Source: Bdellovibrionales bacterium (GTDB lineage: Bacteria; Bdellovibrionota; Bdellovibrionia; Bdellovibrionales; JAUICD01). From it: 64,000 nucleotides of DNA. This document shows positions 1-10,774 of this stretch, piece after piece. Position 1 is the stretch's first letter; the number at the start of each line of letters is the position of its first letter. A program made the translations under genes and the position numbers. The DNA lies in the NCBI GenBank assembly GCA_965203275.1, contig OZ241865.1, forward strand, positions 544,001-608,000. Direction: 5' to 3'. Below the pieces are notes generated by a model, which searched no databases, was not told the origin of the DNA, and saw only the letters and a program-made list of their open reading frames with translations.

Positions 1-475
1 CTAAATTATCTTTTTGTACGTAGTAAGTGGCTTTTGGAAAAGTAGGAACAAGCTTTTGATGAAGAGTCGTCGTGGCTCCACCAGCATGATCAAAATGAAG
101 GTGTGTTAAAATCACATCTGTAATGTCTTCTGAATGGAGTCCTTTTTGTTTAAGAGCCTCCACAACAGGTGGCTGATCAGTAGCAGAAATGCTATACATA
201 TCTGCAAATTTTTGACCTAAGCGGGTCCCATATTTTGCCACAAAATCAGCTCCATTGCCAGTGTCCACAATGATCTTCCTCTGATCAGATATCAAGAGTA
301 AGGGTCTTGCTTCTAATGCAATGCGATTTTTTTGATCTGCAGGATGAGCTTTTTCCCAAAGAACCTTAGGGACTGTACCAAACATTGCCCCTCCATCTAA
401 TCCAAACAAGCCTGTAGGCAAGCTATGGACTTGATAAGGTTCAATTTGTAGATTAAGAGATATTATTTCTTGCAT
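1..475 (-). CDS. MBL-fold metallo-hydrolase (3' part runs off window)
   Basis: Manual translation from ATG at 475: MQEIISL...LDGGAMFGTVPKVLWEK...VDTG...THLHFDHAGG (HxHxDH metal motif). Confidence 0.85.
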   Translation of the reverse strand, partial: MQEIISLNLQIEPYQVHSLPTGLFGLDGGAMFGTVPKVLWEKAHPADQKNRIALEARPLLLISDQRKIIVDTGNGADFVAKYGTRLGQKFADMYSISATDQPPVVEALKQKGLHSEDITDVILTHLHFDHAGGATTTLHQKLVPTFPKATYYVQKDNL

Positions 476-526
476 ATTATGCCCTTTTTATTTAAGTTAA
501 GTTGATAACAAAATAAATAGGTATTT

Positions 527-1225
527 ATGAGTTCATCAAAAAATCAACCATTTGCAAATAATGATAGTGCAGTTTGTGATTCAAGGCAACTGTCTACAGA
601 GGATATTCTAGCCCACGTACGACTTTCTGGCTTAAAATCTAACACTCTATCAGATAGTCAGAGAGAAGCTCAAATTGCCCAACATTTTGAAGGCATTATG
701 AAGACTCTTGGCCTGGACCTTCAAGATCAGGACTTAGCAAAATCTCCACAAAGGGTGGCTAAAATGTATGTGCATGAGATTTTTCAAGGACTCCGTACAG
801 ATTGTTTCCCTCAAATCACAGTGACTCCTAACAAGACACACTATGATCAGATGATTGTCGTCAAAAATGTCAATATTATGACTTTTTGTCAGCATCATTT
901 TATTACAATTCACGGCAAAGCTCACATTGCATATATTCCACAAAAATATATTATAGGTCTTTCTAAGATAAATCGCATTGCTAATTTTTTTGCCAGAAGA
1001 CCACAAATTCAAGAACAACTCACTCAACAAATTGCAGATGCTCTTTGTTTTATTTTAGACACTCAGCATATTGCTGTGTCTATCACTGCTCAGCATTACT
1101 GTGTGATGGCAAGAGGAATAAAAGACATGGATAGTGTCACAAAGACTTGTGATCTGCGAGGTGATTTTAAAGACAATCCTAAGACGCGTATGGAGTACAT
1201 GCAACACTGCCATTTTAAAATATAA
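527..1225 (+). CDS. folE: GTP cyclohydrolase I
   Basis: SPQRVAKMY, CQHH (canonical CEHH), GLSKINR, RRPQIQE and HYCVMARG motifs. Confidence 0.92.
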   Translation: MSSSKNQPFANNDSAVCDSRQLSTEDILAHVRLSGLKSNTLSDSQREAQIAQHFEGIMKTLGLDLQDQDLAKSPQRVAKMYVHEIFQGLRTDCFPQITVTPNKTHYDQMIVVKNVNIMTFCQHHFITIHGKAHIAYIPQKYIIGLSKINRIANFFARRPQIQEQLTQQIADALCFILDTQHIAVSITAQHYCVMARGIKDMDSVTKTCDLRGDFKDNPKTRMEYMQHCHFKI

Positions 1226-1265
1226 TTCTTAACTTAAATGCCTTTCAAATAAGCTGACATGTCAT

Positions 1266-1730
1266 CTAACGTTTAAGTGCCAATGCTGCTTTACGATCCA
1301 TATCACGCTTTTTAAGGGTTTCACGTTGATCATAAAGCTTTTTACCTTTGACAGTCGCTATCTCTACTTTAACTTTAGCCCCTTTAAAATAAATTTTAAG
1401 TGGCACAATGGTCAATCCTTTTTGTCTGATGAAACCATCTAAGCGATGAATTTGTCTCTTATGCATAAGAAGCTTACGCGGTCTTTCTGGTTCATGGTTA
1501 TTGTAACTGCTTTTAAGATATAGACTGATGTATGTCCCTCTCAAAAATAATTCTTGTTTATGGACATCCACATACGAATCTTTGAGTTGACATTGTCCTT
1601 TTCTAAGCGACTTGACCTCACTGCCTGTCAATACAATGCCAGCTTCATAAACATCTAAAATATGATAATCATGTCGAGCTTTTTTGTTTTGAGCAATGAT
1701 TTTGATGGAAGATAAATTGGTTTTTTTCAT
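1266..1730 (-). CDS. smpB: SsrA-binding protein
   Basis: NKKARHDY, EAGIVLTGSEVKSLR, RKLLMHK and GKKLYD motifs. Confidence 0.97.
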   Translation of the reverse strand: MKKTNLSSIKIIAQNKKARHDYHILDVYEAGIVLTGSEVKSLRKGQCQLKDSYVDVHKQELFLRGTYISLYLKSSYNNHEPERPRKLLMHKRQIHRLDGFIRQKGLTIVPLKIYFKGAKVKVEIATVKGKKLYDQRETLKKRDMDRKAALALKR

Positions 1731-1875
1731 AATATTTAAGAGATGTGAGATGACCTTTTACATAAAAAACAAAGCTTTTTTCTATCCATACAGACCTCAA
1801 CAAGAACTTTGTGCATTTATTGATTATGATCCACAGATCACAATAGAGTTCTGATAGTTCATAATCACTTGATCA

Positions 1876-2095
1876 TTTCACTCAAAATGCATCATGCCTC
1901 TGGCATGTTTTTGGACAATGACCGCAAAGGCTTAAGCCTTTGACAAAATGGTCATTGCCTCAAAAATCTATGCATTTTGAGTAGAGGAGGATCTCCTCAT
2001 TTCTTAACATCATGTTAAGGAAAAATTTCCTTCTGATGCCCGATGCCCGATTCCCGGATCCCGGATCCTGGGATAAACACGATGTTAAGGAAAAT
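1876..2095. repeat. Structured repeat arm (family A) plus GGATCC heptamer tail
   Basis: ctcaaaatgcat..atgcattttgag outer stem, catgcc-tct-ggcatg and caaaggc-ttaa-gcctttg hairpins, ttaacatcatgttaaggaaaa tail, ccggatc repeats. Confidence 0.9.
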
Positions 2096-2103
2096 GTCCC
2101 TTT

Positions 2104-2667
2104 CTAAGATTTTTCTATTTGTCCAAAGTCAAGTTCCACAGGTGTAGGTCTTCCAAAAATATTGACCAAGACTTTCACTGTGCCTTTTTCTTGATGGACT
2201 TCTTCCACAGTACCATTGAAATTGCTAAAAGGGCCTCCTGTCACATGCACAGACTCTCCCACTCTAAAGGACACCTTATGCCTTGGTTTTTCTACACCAA
2301 CTGTCATCTGTCTGGTGATTTTTTGCACTTCATGTTCAGGGACTGGAACTGGCTTGATGGAATCACCTTTGATAGAAGGCCCTACAAAATTTGAAACTTT
2401 CATAGAACCTTTAACCAAATGCCAAGTTTCTTCAGTTAAATGCATTTGTACAAAGATATAACCAGGGAAGAACTTTTGAGCTGTGGTTTGTTTTTGGCCT
2501 TTGACATGCTCTACGACATTTTCTGTAGGAACAAGGACCTGACCAAATTGCTTTTCAAAGCCTTTTTCTTTAATACGGCTCTCAATGGAAGCTTTTGCTT
2601 GTACTTCTGATCCTGTCTTGGTATGCACAACATACCACTTTAAATCAGGAGGGTTTGTTTGATCCAT
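2104..2667 (-). CDS. nusG: Transcription termination/antitermination factor NusG
   Basis: WYVVHT, FFPGYIFV, KOW motif GPFSNFNGTV, IFGRPTPVELDF. Confidence 0.97.
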   Translation of the reverse strand: MDQTNPPDLKWYVVHTKTGSEVQAKASIESRIKEKGFEKQFGQVLVPTENVVEHVKGQKQTTAQKFFPGYIFVQMHLTEETWHLVKGSMKVSNFVGPSIKGDSIKPVPVPEHEVQKITRQMTVGVEKPRHKVSFRVGESVHVTGGPFSNFNGTVEEVHQEKGTVKVLVNIFGRPTPVELDFGQIEKS

Positions 2668-2810
2668 TTTATGATTCCTTTATTATTTTTTTTACAATAA
2701 AGCATGTTGTTTTTTGCTTAAAATAGTCTACTTCTAATCACTTTTTAGTTTTAGTGGCAAAAGTTTACACGTCATTTGCATTTGATAAACAGAAAAACAG
2801 CAATTTATAA

Positions 2811-3191
2811 TTATAAATCAATTATATAGTTGACCACATAGCCAGAGATCAAGTCAAAAACACCAAGTAATAAACCTGAAATAAGCAACATAACAGTCAC
2901 CACAAAGGTCATGCCCATAGTGTCTTTTTGAGAAGGCCAGACCACTTTTTGAGTCTCTATAATTACTTCGTCAGCCCTTGTCACAATACGAGGGTTGAAC
3001 TGTAGCAACAAAAAGGTCACAAGCCCTGTGGCTACAGGTAAGCCATGAATCATCAAATCACCTTGGAAGTATCTAGCAAATAAAACCCAAGTCATAGAAA
3101 GGGTTTCAATAATAATGCTCATAACATAAGCAGCTATGATGGCTATGGCAACAAAACAAACAGTGATATATTTTTGATTACTACTTTCCAT
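2811..3191 (-). CDS. secE: Preprotein translocase subunit SecE
   Basis: ETQKVVWPS motif followed by a TM helix; directly upstream of nusG. Confidence 0.9.
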   Translation of the reverse strand: MESSNQKYITVCFVAIAIIAAYVMSIIIETLSMTWVLFARYFQGDLMIHGLPVATGLVTFLLLQFNPRIVTRADEVIIETQKVVWPSQKDTMGMTFVVTVMLLISGLLLGVFDLISGYVVNYIIDL

Positions 3192-3210
3192 AAAGTTCCT
3201 TCATTCGTTA

Positions 3211-3852
3211 TCACTCAAAATAAATCATGCCTCTGTTTCCCTAAAATTGAACTAGCCTCTGGCTACTTTTGGACAGTTAGCCCGACGGCTCTCGCCGTCG
3301 ATCAAAGGCTAACTGTCTCAAAAGCTTGTTCAATTTTAGGAAGGAGGATCTCTTCGTCTCTTAACACCATGTTAAGGAAAAAGTTCCTTCTTACACCTTG
3401 GGCGATGACCACGATGGCTTTCGCCTTTGACAAAATGGTCATTGCCTCAAAAGCCTGACCACTTTTAGTAGAAAGGATCCTTTCCTCTTTTAACACCATG
3501 TTAAGGGTTTGTTTCACTAAAAGTGGTCTATTTCACTCAAAGTGAACTGACCTCTGTTTCCCTAAAATTGAACTAGCCTCTGGCTACTTTTGGACAGTTA
3601 GCCCGACGGCTCTCGCCGTCGATCAAAGGCTAACTGTCTCAAAAGCTTGTTCAATTTTAGGAAGGAGGATCTCTTCGTCTCTTAACACCATGTTAAGGGT
3701 TTGTTTCACTAAAAGTAAACTAGCCTCTGGCTACTTTTGGACAATGACCGCAATGGCTTTCGCCATTGGCAAAATGGTCATTGTCTCAAAAGTCCGTTTA
3801 CTTTTAGTAGGGAGGATCTCTTTCTCTCTTAACACCATGTTAAGGAAAAAGT
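3211..3852. repeat. Cluster of family A structured repeats (about 3 complete arms plus partial arms)
   Basis: Tandem arms with different stem alleles (ctaaaattgaac, ctaaaagtaaac, ctaaaagtggtc, ctcaaagtgaac). Confidence 0.9.
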
Positions 3853-4024
3853 TCCTTTAGTTCCTATATTTTATATATATAAAGTTTTAAAAAGTCCGTC
3901 AAGAGATAATATTTCACCGTTGTCTTATCACTCAAAAGAGGTTTAAAGTTAGTTAATGAAAACATACAAAATGAAAAAATCATTAATAGAAAAACCTTCC
4001 AAAAGAAAAGCAAAACCTTCTATT

Positions 4025-5827
4025 TTATAAATAGGCATCTACGGGTAACCCAACAGACTTCATCACTTTAAGAGCATTTGTGGTTGTAGCTGCTCCTTTT
4101 TTGATCTGATAATCAAACATTAAAATATCATTTTGGGTATGATCTGTAAAATGCCAGTTTTCTAATCCTTTGATGGCTGAAGTCAATTCAATATCATGTG
4201 TTGTCACAAATCCTAAGCTTTTAGAGTTACAAAGGGCTTTGATTAAGGCCTGAGAACCTAGTAATCTTTCTCTACTGTTGGTACCTTTAAATATTTCATC
4301 GATTAAAAATAAAGAAGGCTGTTTTTTAGCTTCAGATAGCAAATTATGAATACGTACAACTTCTGAATAAAAGTAAGAGGAACCTTGCTGGAGAGAATCA
4401 GAAACCCGAATACATGTAAAGGTTTTGCCAATGAAGGTTTCAAAAGAATCAGCAAATACACTAGCTCCCATCAAAGCTAAAAGCTGATTGATACCTATAG
4501 TTCTTAGAAAAGTAGACTTGCCTGACATATTAGAACCTGTGATCAAAATGACGGGACTCTTATTAGAAATAAAAATAGAATTTTTTACTGCTTTGGATCG
4601 TTCAATCAAAGGGTGATAAGCATTTTTTGTTTTAATAGCCACATCTTTGGTAAATGTAGGAAGGGTTTTGGTTTGGAAATCATACAAAAAAACCAAAGAA
4701 ATTTGCACTTCTATTTGAGTCATAGCCTTTTTAATATCCTCATAAATACTGTTCAACTGAGATTTGGTTTTGATAAGCTTTTTGGCAAAAAAAGCATTCC
4801 AAGGTAAAAGAGAATTAATAATCACAAGCAACAGAGGGTTAGACTGTACACCCAGAAAACTAACCACACTTGAAATATTTGCAAAATACTTTTGTGGGTT
4901 ATGTTTGATGAGAGGCTGAGAGAGGTCAGACATGTCTTCTTTGTTTGCCTGAGCTATTTGATACATGCCATTAAAATAAGTCGATTGAAGTGGTAGATGT
5001 ATTTCTAGTGCTTGAGCATGAGAAAAAGCCCCTCCGTTATATTTAAGAGAAAACATAGAAAATAAAAAGAAAATTGTCCACGTGATAGCCAGGACACTTA
5101 AAGCAAAGGGGGTGCTTATAAAGCAGTACACCACCAAAGTGATGATAAAAGCTAAAAAGGCCATCCATAATCCTATTTCAAAAAGAAAAGGCCCGGAAAA
5201 GTCTTTTTTTGCTTTTAAAAGGTCTTCAAAGTCGGTTGTGTTTTCAAAAGTATTTTGTTCAGGAATTTGAGCTAATGTACGGACAAGCCACTTGATAAAT
5301 TGAGGTGTTAGCCTTTGCCATTTTTTTGTTCTAGCTTGTCTTTCAAGAATGGATTTTTGGGATAAATCTCCATTTAATAAAAGGTCTAAAAACTTTTGTT
5401 TGGAGTAATGCATGATCGTTTCATCTATCATGGTAAAGACAGACTGGGGACCTAAGAGATCAAGATCATCTGCTATGGTATTGACTTTTGCTTTTTTACG
5501 AGCATCGTTTTGATAAGTTCCTTTTTGGCGTAGGTGTTGCCGGCGATAAAATACTTGTGCATGTTCTAACTCTCGAATATGTTTTTTGAGACGTTGTGTT
5601 TTGACAACAGCATAAATAAAAGGAAAACCAAAGAGAATTAAGCTTGGCAGGCCCAAATGCCAGTCAGGGAAAAATGCTGACAACAACAAACCCAACATCA
5701 ACAAGCCAACCCATATCAATCTTATATTGAATGTTTTCTCTAGTTTATTGAGCTTTTTTTTGTAAATTTGATTTAATTTTTTATATTTTTTCCCGCAATC
5801 CATTGTCCATCCTTTTATGTATTTCAA
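4025..5827 (-). CDS. Membrane-anchored MutS-related ATPase
   Basis: TM segments N-terminally; GSNMSGKST Walker A, SYFYSE, LIDEIFKGTN and TTHD of the MutS domain V ATPase. Confidence 0.85.
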   Translation of the reverse strand: MKYIKGWTMDCGKKYKKLNQIYKKKLNKLEKTFNIRLIWVGLLMLGLLLSAFFPDWHLGLPSLILFGFPFIYAVVKTQRLKKHIRELEHAQVFYRRQHLRQKGTYQNDARKKAKVNTIADDLDLLGPQSVFTMIDETIMHYSKQKFLDLLLNGDLSQKSILERQARTKKWQRLTPQFIKWLVRTLAQIPEQNTFENTTDFEDLLKAKKDFSGPFLFEIGLWMAFLAFIITLVVYCFISTPFALSVLAITWTIFFLFSMFSLKYNGGAFSHAQALEIHLPLQSTYFNGMYQIAQANKEDMSDLSQPLIKHNPQKYFANISSVVSFLGVQSNPLLLVIINSLLPWNAFFAKKLIKTKSQLNSIYEDIKKAMTQIEVQISLVFLYDFQTKTLPTFTKDVAIKTKNAYHPLIERSKAVKNSIFISNKSPVILITGSNMSGKSTFLRTIGINQLLALMGASVFADSFETFIGKTFTCIRVSDSLQQGSSYFYSEVVRIHNLLSEAKKQPSLFLIDEIFKGTNSRERLLGSQALIKALCNSKSLGFVTTHDIELTSAIKGLENWHFTDHTQNDILMFDYQIKKGAATTTNALKVMKSVGLPVDAYL

Positions 5828-5945
5828 GTATTTTGTATCCTATTATAGTGATTGTCAAAGAATTTAAAACTTTTAATGATCATCTTAAGAATTTCAAAAT
5901 CAAAACGAGGACAGTCCACTATTTCAACACAAAAGCCTGTTAAAA

Positions 5946-7058
5946 TCAAATCAAGTCAAGTAGCATACGTCTGTGAAGCTCATTTTGTATTTTTAATTGC
6001 TCTAATTGCTCTGTCGAAAGCAAGATACTGCTATTTCCATTACTGTCAAAGTGATCAGAATCAAAATCAGAAAAAAAATAAGCACCTATCCCTATAGCTA
6101 CCATAAGTGGCAGTGTCTTTTTTAAAACTTGTGTCAGACGCGTGTTAAAGGGTGGATGCGTGTGGGATGAATCCAATGTTCCTTGCAGATAAACATTTCT
6201 GAGAGTATCTCCACGTAATATACCTCTTTTATAACTGATCTCTAAATCACTTTGATATGTATGAGGTTCACGGCCAGAGTGAGAACGATTGTATGTTATC
6301 TGTACTTCTCCTAATTCTTTCACCACATTGTCACTGTGATCATATAAGCCTGGAAATTCTAAAAACTCTCTGCTTTTGCTCACTTTGATACTTTTAACAT
6401 GAGAAACATTAAAAGTCTGATCTTGCATTTGAACAGTGAAACGATCATCCTTAGGATAATAAATAATTGTGCTATGGTGAGTTGGTAATCCTATGTCTTC
6501 TATATTCCTCCAATGGGGCCTTTTATTATTTTTAGTGATGGTGATCTCTGTGCCAGCAAGGGCTTCTTTTAATTCCTCAAATGGCTTTATAATATGCGGT
6601 TGATTTATAACTGCTGGTATCTCTCCAAGGCGTCGCAATCGACCTCTATGTACAATTTGAGTATCTAAGATATTATTTGATTGTTGTAGGTGATATAGAT
6701 AATAGGCTAGGTATGCTAAACTGTAATGAACAATATTAGCTGTTTGAACTCGGTGCATATTATTGTCAAGTTGTTCAGCTTGACTTAGGGCTTTGTCTAT
6801 AGCTTCTGTTTGTTCTAAGATGAGAGCAATTTCTTCTAAGCTCATAGCTTGATATAAAGGTTTGTCTCTTTCAAAAGATGTGACTGTTTCTGTTTGTTCT
6901 TCTGTCTTATTTTCATTTGCATTTGCATTTGTATTTGCATTGCAGAACCAATTGAAAAACCAACAGTGCAACTCTGATTGATTGTCAGAACTTGCTAATA
7001 TTTTATTAGAATTCAAAATAATTAAACAAATTGTCAAAATATTTATAAAAGTCTTCAT
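5946..7058 (-). CDS. Hypothetical exported protein
   Basis: 370-aa ORF with signal-peptide-like N-terminus and a near-C-terminal hydrophobic segment; consensus promoter upstream. Confidence 0.7.
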   Translation of the reverse strand: MKTFINILTICLIILNSNKILASSDNQSELHCWFFNWFCNANTNANANENKTEEQTETVTSFERDKPLYQAMSLEEIALILEQTEAIDKALSQAEQLDNNMHRVQTANIVHYSLAYLAYYLYHLQQSNNILDTQIVHRGRLRRLGEIPAVINQPHIIKPFEELKEALAGTEITITKNNKRPHWRNIEDIGLPTHHSTIIYYPKDDRFTVQMQDQTFNVSHVKSIKVSKSREFLEFPGLYDHSDNVVKELGEVQITYNRSHSGREPHTYQSDLEISYKRGILRGDTLRNVYLQGTLDSSHTHPPFNTRLTQVLKKTLPLMVAIGIGAYFFSDFDSDHFDSNGNSSILLSTEQLEQLKIQNELHRRMLLDLI

Positions 7059-7153
7059 TATTATATTCTTTTAAGCTTACTTTTTATTGTTGTTTATTTT
7101 ACTTTTATTTATTTTACTTTAAAGTCCTTTATTTCCCTTTAAAATCAATAACT

Positions 7154-7166
7154 CCCCCCCCCCCCC
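7154..7166. repeat. C13/G13 homopolymer in the 5' leader of ORF 5946..7058
   Basis: 13 consecutive C between promoter and start codon. Confidence 0.85.
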
Positions 7167-7178
7167 TCAAAAAAATAA

Positions 7179-7207
7179 ATTATAATCAGAGAAAGGCATA
7201 ATGTCAA
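7179..7207 (-). promoter_or_regulatory. Sigma70 consensus promoter
   Basis: Minus strand reads TTGACA-ttatgcctttctctgat(17 nt)-TATAAT. Confidence 0.8.
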
Positions 7208-7544
7208 GCCTATTTTGTATTTAAAGCATATTTTGTATTTTGAGATTCTCCTTATTTAAAATATAACACCCAAATTTGTCACTCTAAGGGACCTTTTTTG
7301 TTTGTTTTTTTCATCAAACAAAAACAATGCCAAAATAAATATCCTCAATATATCTTCATAGTGCGTTTAATTTTATTAGTGTTTTTAATGGTTTATTGGT
7401 TATATTTGAGGTTTTGCATCAGGGTTTATGCATAGGTATTAGAGATGGTATAGCTTTTGCTACTTTTAGTGGCAGGATGATTTTTATTTTTTTAACTGAT
7501 TGATGTTTGTTTTCAAGCATTGATTTTAATTTATGGAGGTAATT

Positions 7545-8096
7545 ATGCATAACAATTTAGGTTTATTAACTCTATTGGCTACTTTTGCTGTAGGATGTGC
7601 TCCTGCTTCGCCAATACATTCTATGGGAGGAGCAGATCCTGTTCTTCAGCAAAGTCAAAGTATTGATCTTTGTGGAGACATAGGAACTTTTCAGTACAAT
7701 GCTGACAGAAATACTATTATTTTTGGCAAGGCGGGTTCTGGTTTTGTTCCTTATGATCTTGCTAAAGCAAGAAAAGACAATGGTGCTGACATTGTAGTTT
7801 CTAATAACGAATTATTGACTGATTATGAACGACTACCTGAAACAGGCAACATTCTTCATATTCAAACGACAGAATATGGTGTATCTATCGGTGAAGTTCG
7901 TGTTGTTTCTAAAACTGCTTTACAACAGATGAAGAACACTCCAGAAGGTCATGAGCTTGATTATGATTATGAAGCAGAAGAAATGGAAAAGTTATGTGCT
8001 TTTAGCTTTGCTGTTGCTGGTCTTGAGATTGACCCTGATTCGGGAACTTCTTTGGCTACACAAGAAGAAATCGATGCTTTATCTTCTGTGGAATAG
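7545..8096 (+). CDS. Hypothetical lipoprotein
   Basis: GGAGGT RBS before ATG 7545; lipobox-like FAVGC; acidic mature part (ORF track start 7533). Confidence 0.7.
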   Translation: MHNNLGLLTLLATFAVGCAPASPIHSMGGADPVLQQSQSIDLCGDIGTFQYNADRNTIIFGKAGSGFVPYDLAKARKDNGADIVVSNNELLTDYERLPETGNILHIQTTEYGVSIGEVRVVSKTALQQMKNTPEGHELDYDYEAEEMEKLCAFSFAVAGLEIDPDSGTSLATQEEIDALSSVE

Positions 8097-8110
8097 TCTT
8101 TAGAAGTCTT

Positions 8111-8480
8111 TTTCACTCAAAATGCATCATGCCTCTGGCATGTTTTTGGGCAATCAGCCCGACGGCTCACGCCGTCGATCAAAGGCTGATTGCCTCAAAA
8201 ATCTATGCATTTTGAGTAGAGGAGGATCCCTTCGTTTTTTAACAAGATGTTAAGGAAAAAGAGTTTTATTTTTTGAATAAAAAAAGATAAGCCCTTGAAG
8301 GCTTATCTTTTTTTTTCGTTCAAATGGGTTCACTGTTTCACTGTTTCACTAAAAGTGGTCTAGCCTCTGGCCACTTTCTGGCGATGACCACGATGGCTTT
8401 CGCCATCGATAAAATGGTCATCGCCCAAAAGCAACCAGAGGTTGGTTTACTTTTAGTGAAACAACTCATTTTGAGTGAAA
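8111..8480. repeat. Family A repeat arms flanking a terminator
   Basis: Complete arm 8111-8262; second arm from about 8345 plus inverted partial ends. Confidence 0.85.
8279..8316. terminator. Bidirectional rho-independent terminator
   Basis: aaaaaaagataagcc-cttgaa-ggcttatcttttttttt. Confidence 0.8.
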
Positions 8481-8660
8481 TGGATCATAAGGCAAAAGTC
8501 TAGGTTTTAAATAAAATTCAAGATTGATAAAAGTATTCAATATTTCTTGCCGATAAGAACTAATGAAAAGGTATTTAAAGTACTTTTTCCAGGATCCGGC
8601 AGTCCGGTATTAGGAGGTATTTATGACAACTATGACAACAACAAATTTCATTGAAAGGTT

Positions 8661-8710
<50 letters not shown>

Positions 8711-8869
8711 GCAATAAAGGGTTTTCTAGATATTTAACCTTTTCTCACAATTTGTCTAAAAAACTATCCCTTATTTCATATTATATTTCTTACTTAATTA
8801 AACACAGGTCATTCTTAATGAGTATGTCTCAAAATGAAACATATTTAATGGAGGAATTTTTCCCTTAAT

Positions 8870-9470
8870 ATTTCACTCAAAATGCATCATGCCTCTGGCA
8901 TGTTTTTGGGCAATGACCGCAACGGCTTTCGCCATTGACAAAATAGTCATTGCCTCAAAAATCTATGCATTTTGAGTAGGGCGAATCTCCTTGCTTCTTG
9001 ACACCATGTTAGGGAAACAAGACATGCTTCTAAAATTTTTTGGAGAGCAAGCGGGTTGCAATAAAGGAACTTTTTCCTTAACATGATGTAAAGAGACGAG
9101 AAGATTCTTCCTACTCAAAGTGAACAGGCTTTCTAGGCGATGACCATTTTATCGATGGCGAAAGCCATCGTGGTCATCGCCAGAAAGTGACCAGAGGTCA
9201 GTTCACTTTGAGTGAAATGACGGCATTGCTCTTTTTAGACAGCGTAAGCTGTCAGAGCAAACGTCAGAAGGAAATCTTTTTCCTTAACATTGTGTTAAGA
9301 AATGAGGACATCCTCCTTCCTAAAATTGAACAGGCTTTTGAGACAGTTAGCCTTTGATCGACGGCGAGAGCCGTCGGGCTAACTGTCCAAAAGTAGCCAG
9401 AGGCTAGTTCAATTTTAGGGAAACAGAGGCATGATTTATTTTGAGTGAAACAAACCACTTTTAGTGAAAC
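8870..9470. repeat. Family A inverted doublet (8870-9217) plus further arms
   Basis: Forward arm, gagcaagcggg spacer, reverse arm; another reverse arm about 9280-9425. Confidence 0.9.
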
Positions 9471-9490
9471 AAACGAAGGAGGATTTAAAA

Positions 9491-10432
9491 ATGAAAAAGT
9501 TAAAATATTTATTTTGGAAAATAATGCAATCAAAACCTTTATTATCAGCTATTCTGTCATTTTGCAGTGTAGTGGGTTTGAGTTCTGTTGTACAGGCAAG
9601 AGTAACCTCTGTAGCCTGTAATGTAAGTCATTCAGGAGTCTTTCATATTATACCATCACGAAATAGATCGATAAAAATGAATTGTAATAATAGAGATTGT
9701 TATATATATTCCAACACAAGGCTTGAGCATTTAAGAGTGGTCATCACTCGTCTTGGGGGAGAGAAACTCCCTGTGAGGTTGGGAAGGCCTCCAGGGGGCA
9801 TCAGAGACTATCCTCTAAATTCTGATCTAACGCACAATGAATGGGTTGTAGATCAACTTAGGGAGAAATATGAATTAGGATTCGGAGATACAATTGCAGT
9901 TGCAGAAGAAAATGGATATGAGATACTTAGTAATGCGGAATGTTACGGCGATGAGGGACTCAGAGAGAAAAGAGGAACAATAGGCTTTCCTATAGAACCT
10001 CGCAGAGAGGAAGTTCCTGATGTTTCTCATTGTCAATATGGAGAATATCGCAACGAACAATTCGTTTACGTTGAACCCTCTGTTATTGATTATCCTCCTT
10101 CTGCCGCTCGTACGCGAAGATCACATGGCTTTATTTATCAACCTTCTTCTCCTTCTACCAACAATTGTACAGAGCGTAAAAAGACCTGTATAGCATCTGG
10201 TAGATGCTTTTTTCGTGAGTCGAATAGATATGAGATTGTGAAGCTTGTGTGTCTTGCTATAACTGATCGTCATGGATTAACAGATTGTCCAAATGCAGAT
10301 GATTGTGCAGCTGACCCCGCAGTCACCATGTCTACGCTTAGTCAACAACAAGCAAAAGAAACGAGAGCACGATCCAGATATCCTATATACAACGCAAATC
10401 CACGACTAAGAGGAAGAGGACAAGGTAATTAA
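9491..10432 (+). CDS. Hypothetical secreted Cys-rich protein
   Basis: AAGGAGGA RBS before ATG 9491; signal peptide ending VQA; Cys-rich C-terminal half. Confidence 0.7.
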   Translation: MKKLKYLFWKIMQSKPLLSAILSFCSVVGLSSVVQARVTSVACNVSHSGVFHIIPSRNRSIKMNCNNRDCYIYSNTRLEHLRVVITRLGGEKLPVRLGRPPGGIRDYPLNSDLTHNEWVVDQLREKYELGFGDTIAVAEENGYEILSNAECYGDEGLREKRGTIGFPIEPRREEVPDVSHCQYGEYRNEQFVYVEPSVIDYPPSAARTRRSHGFIYQPSSPSTNNCTERKKTCIASGRCFFRESNRYEIVKLVCLAITDRHGLTDCPNADDCAADPAVTMSTLSQQQAKETRARSRYPIYNANPRLRGRGQGN

Positions 10433-10465
10433 AGACTATAAATAAAAAAAAAGGAGGGTTAAAAA

Positions 10466-10774
10466 ATGAAGATTTTAATAACTTTAACCATTGGAGGAGT
10501 TATTTTGTGTATGACTCCTGCTTTTGCAGGACTCTCTCAAGATGCGACAGTTACAGGAACGATTATAAAATTTGATAAAAAGACAGTGACTCTTTCTCAA
10601 AGAGGAGGTCTTCGCACAGTTGTCTCAAGAAAATCAATTCCTAAGCATTTCAAAATCAAAACAGGTAACAGAGTATCTGCAGTGCTATCTAGTGATAGAA
10701 TAATAGCAGCTATCAAAGAAGCAAAAAACAAAAAAAATCAGAAAAGCAAGAACAAAACAAATCACTCAAAGTGA
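10466..10774 (+). CDS. Hypothetical small secreted basic protein
   Basis: AGGAGG RBS; signal peptide ending AFA. Confidence 0.7.
   Translation: MKILITLTIGGVILCMTPAFAGLSQDATVTGTIIKFDKKTVTLSQRGGLRTVVSRKSIPKHFKIKTGNRVSAVLSSDRIIAAIKEAKNKKNQKSKNKTNHSK

Noticed and set aside
1730..3300. tmRNA near smpB or tRNA-Trp upstream of secE
   Set aside because: No tRNA-like T-loop/acceptor pattern seen; these positions hold repeat arms or AT-rich spacer.
3174..3517. Short ORFs within repeat clusters (also 9264, 14445-14972, 22711-23909, 24809-25271, 38739, 61937, 63517)
   Set aside because: They are translations of repeat DNA, recur in both orientations and show no protein-family motifs.
3211..3852. CRISPR array (units begin GTTTC / end GAAAC)
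   Set aside because: Units are ~145 bp, nested and variable, with no constant repeat-unique spacer periodicity and no cas genes.
4025..5827. Canonical mismatch-repair mutS
   Set aside because: Lacks the N-terminal mismatch-binding domain and has TM helices; only the ATPase domain matches.
9071..9217. Hammerhead ribozyme (stem followed by GAAAC)
   Set aside because: No conserved CUGANGA core in the arms.
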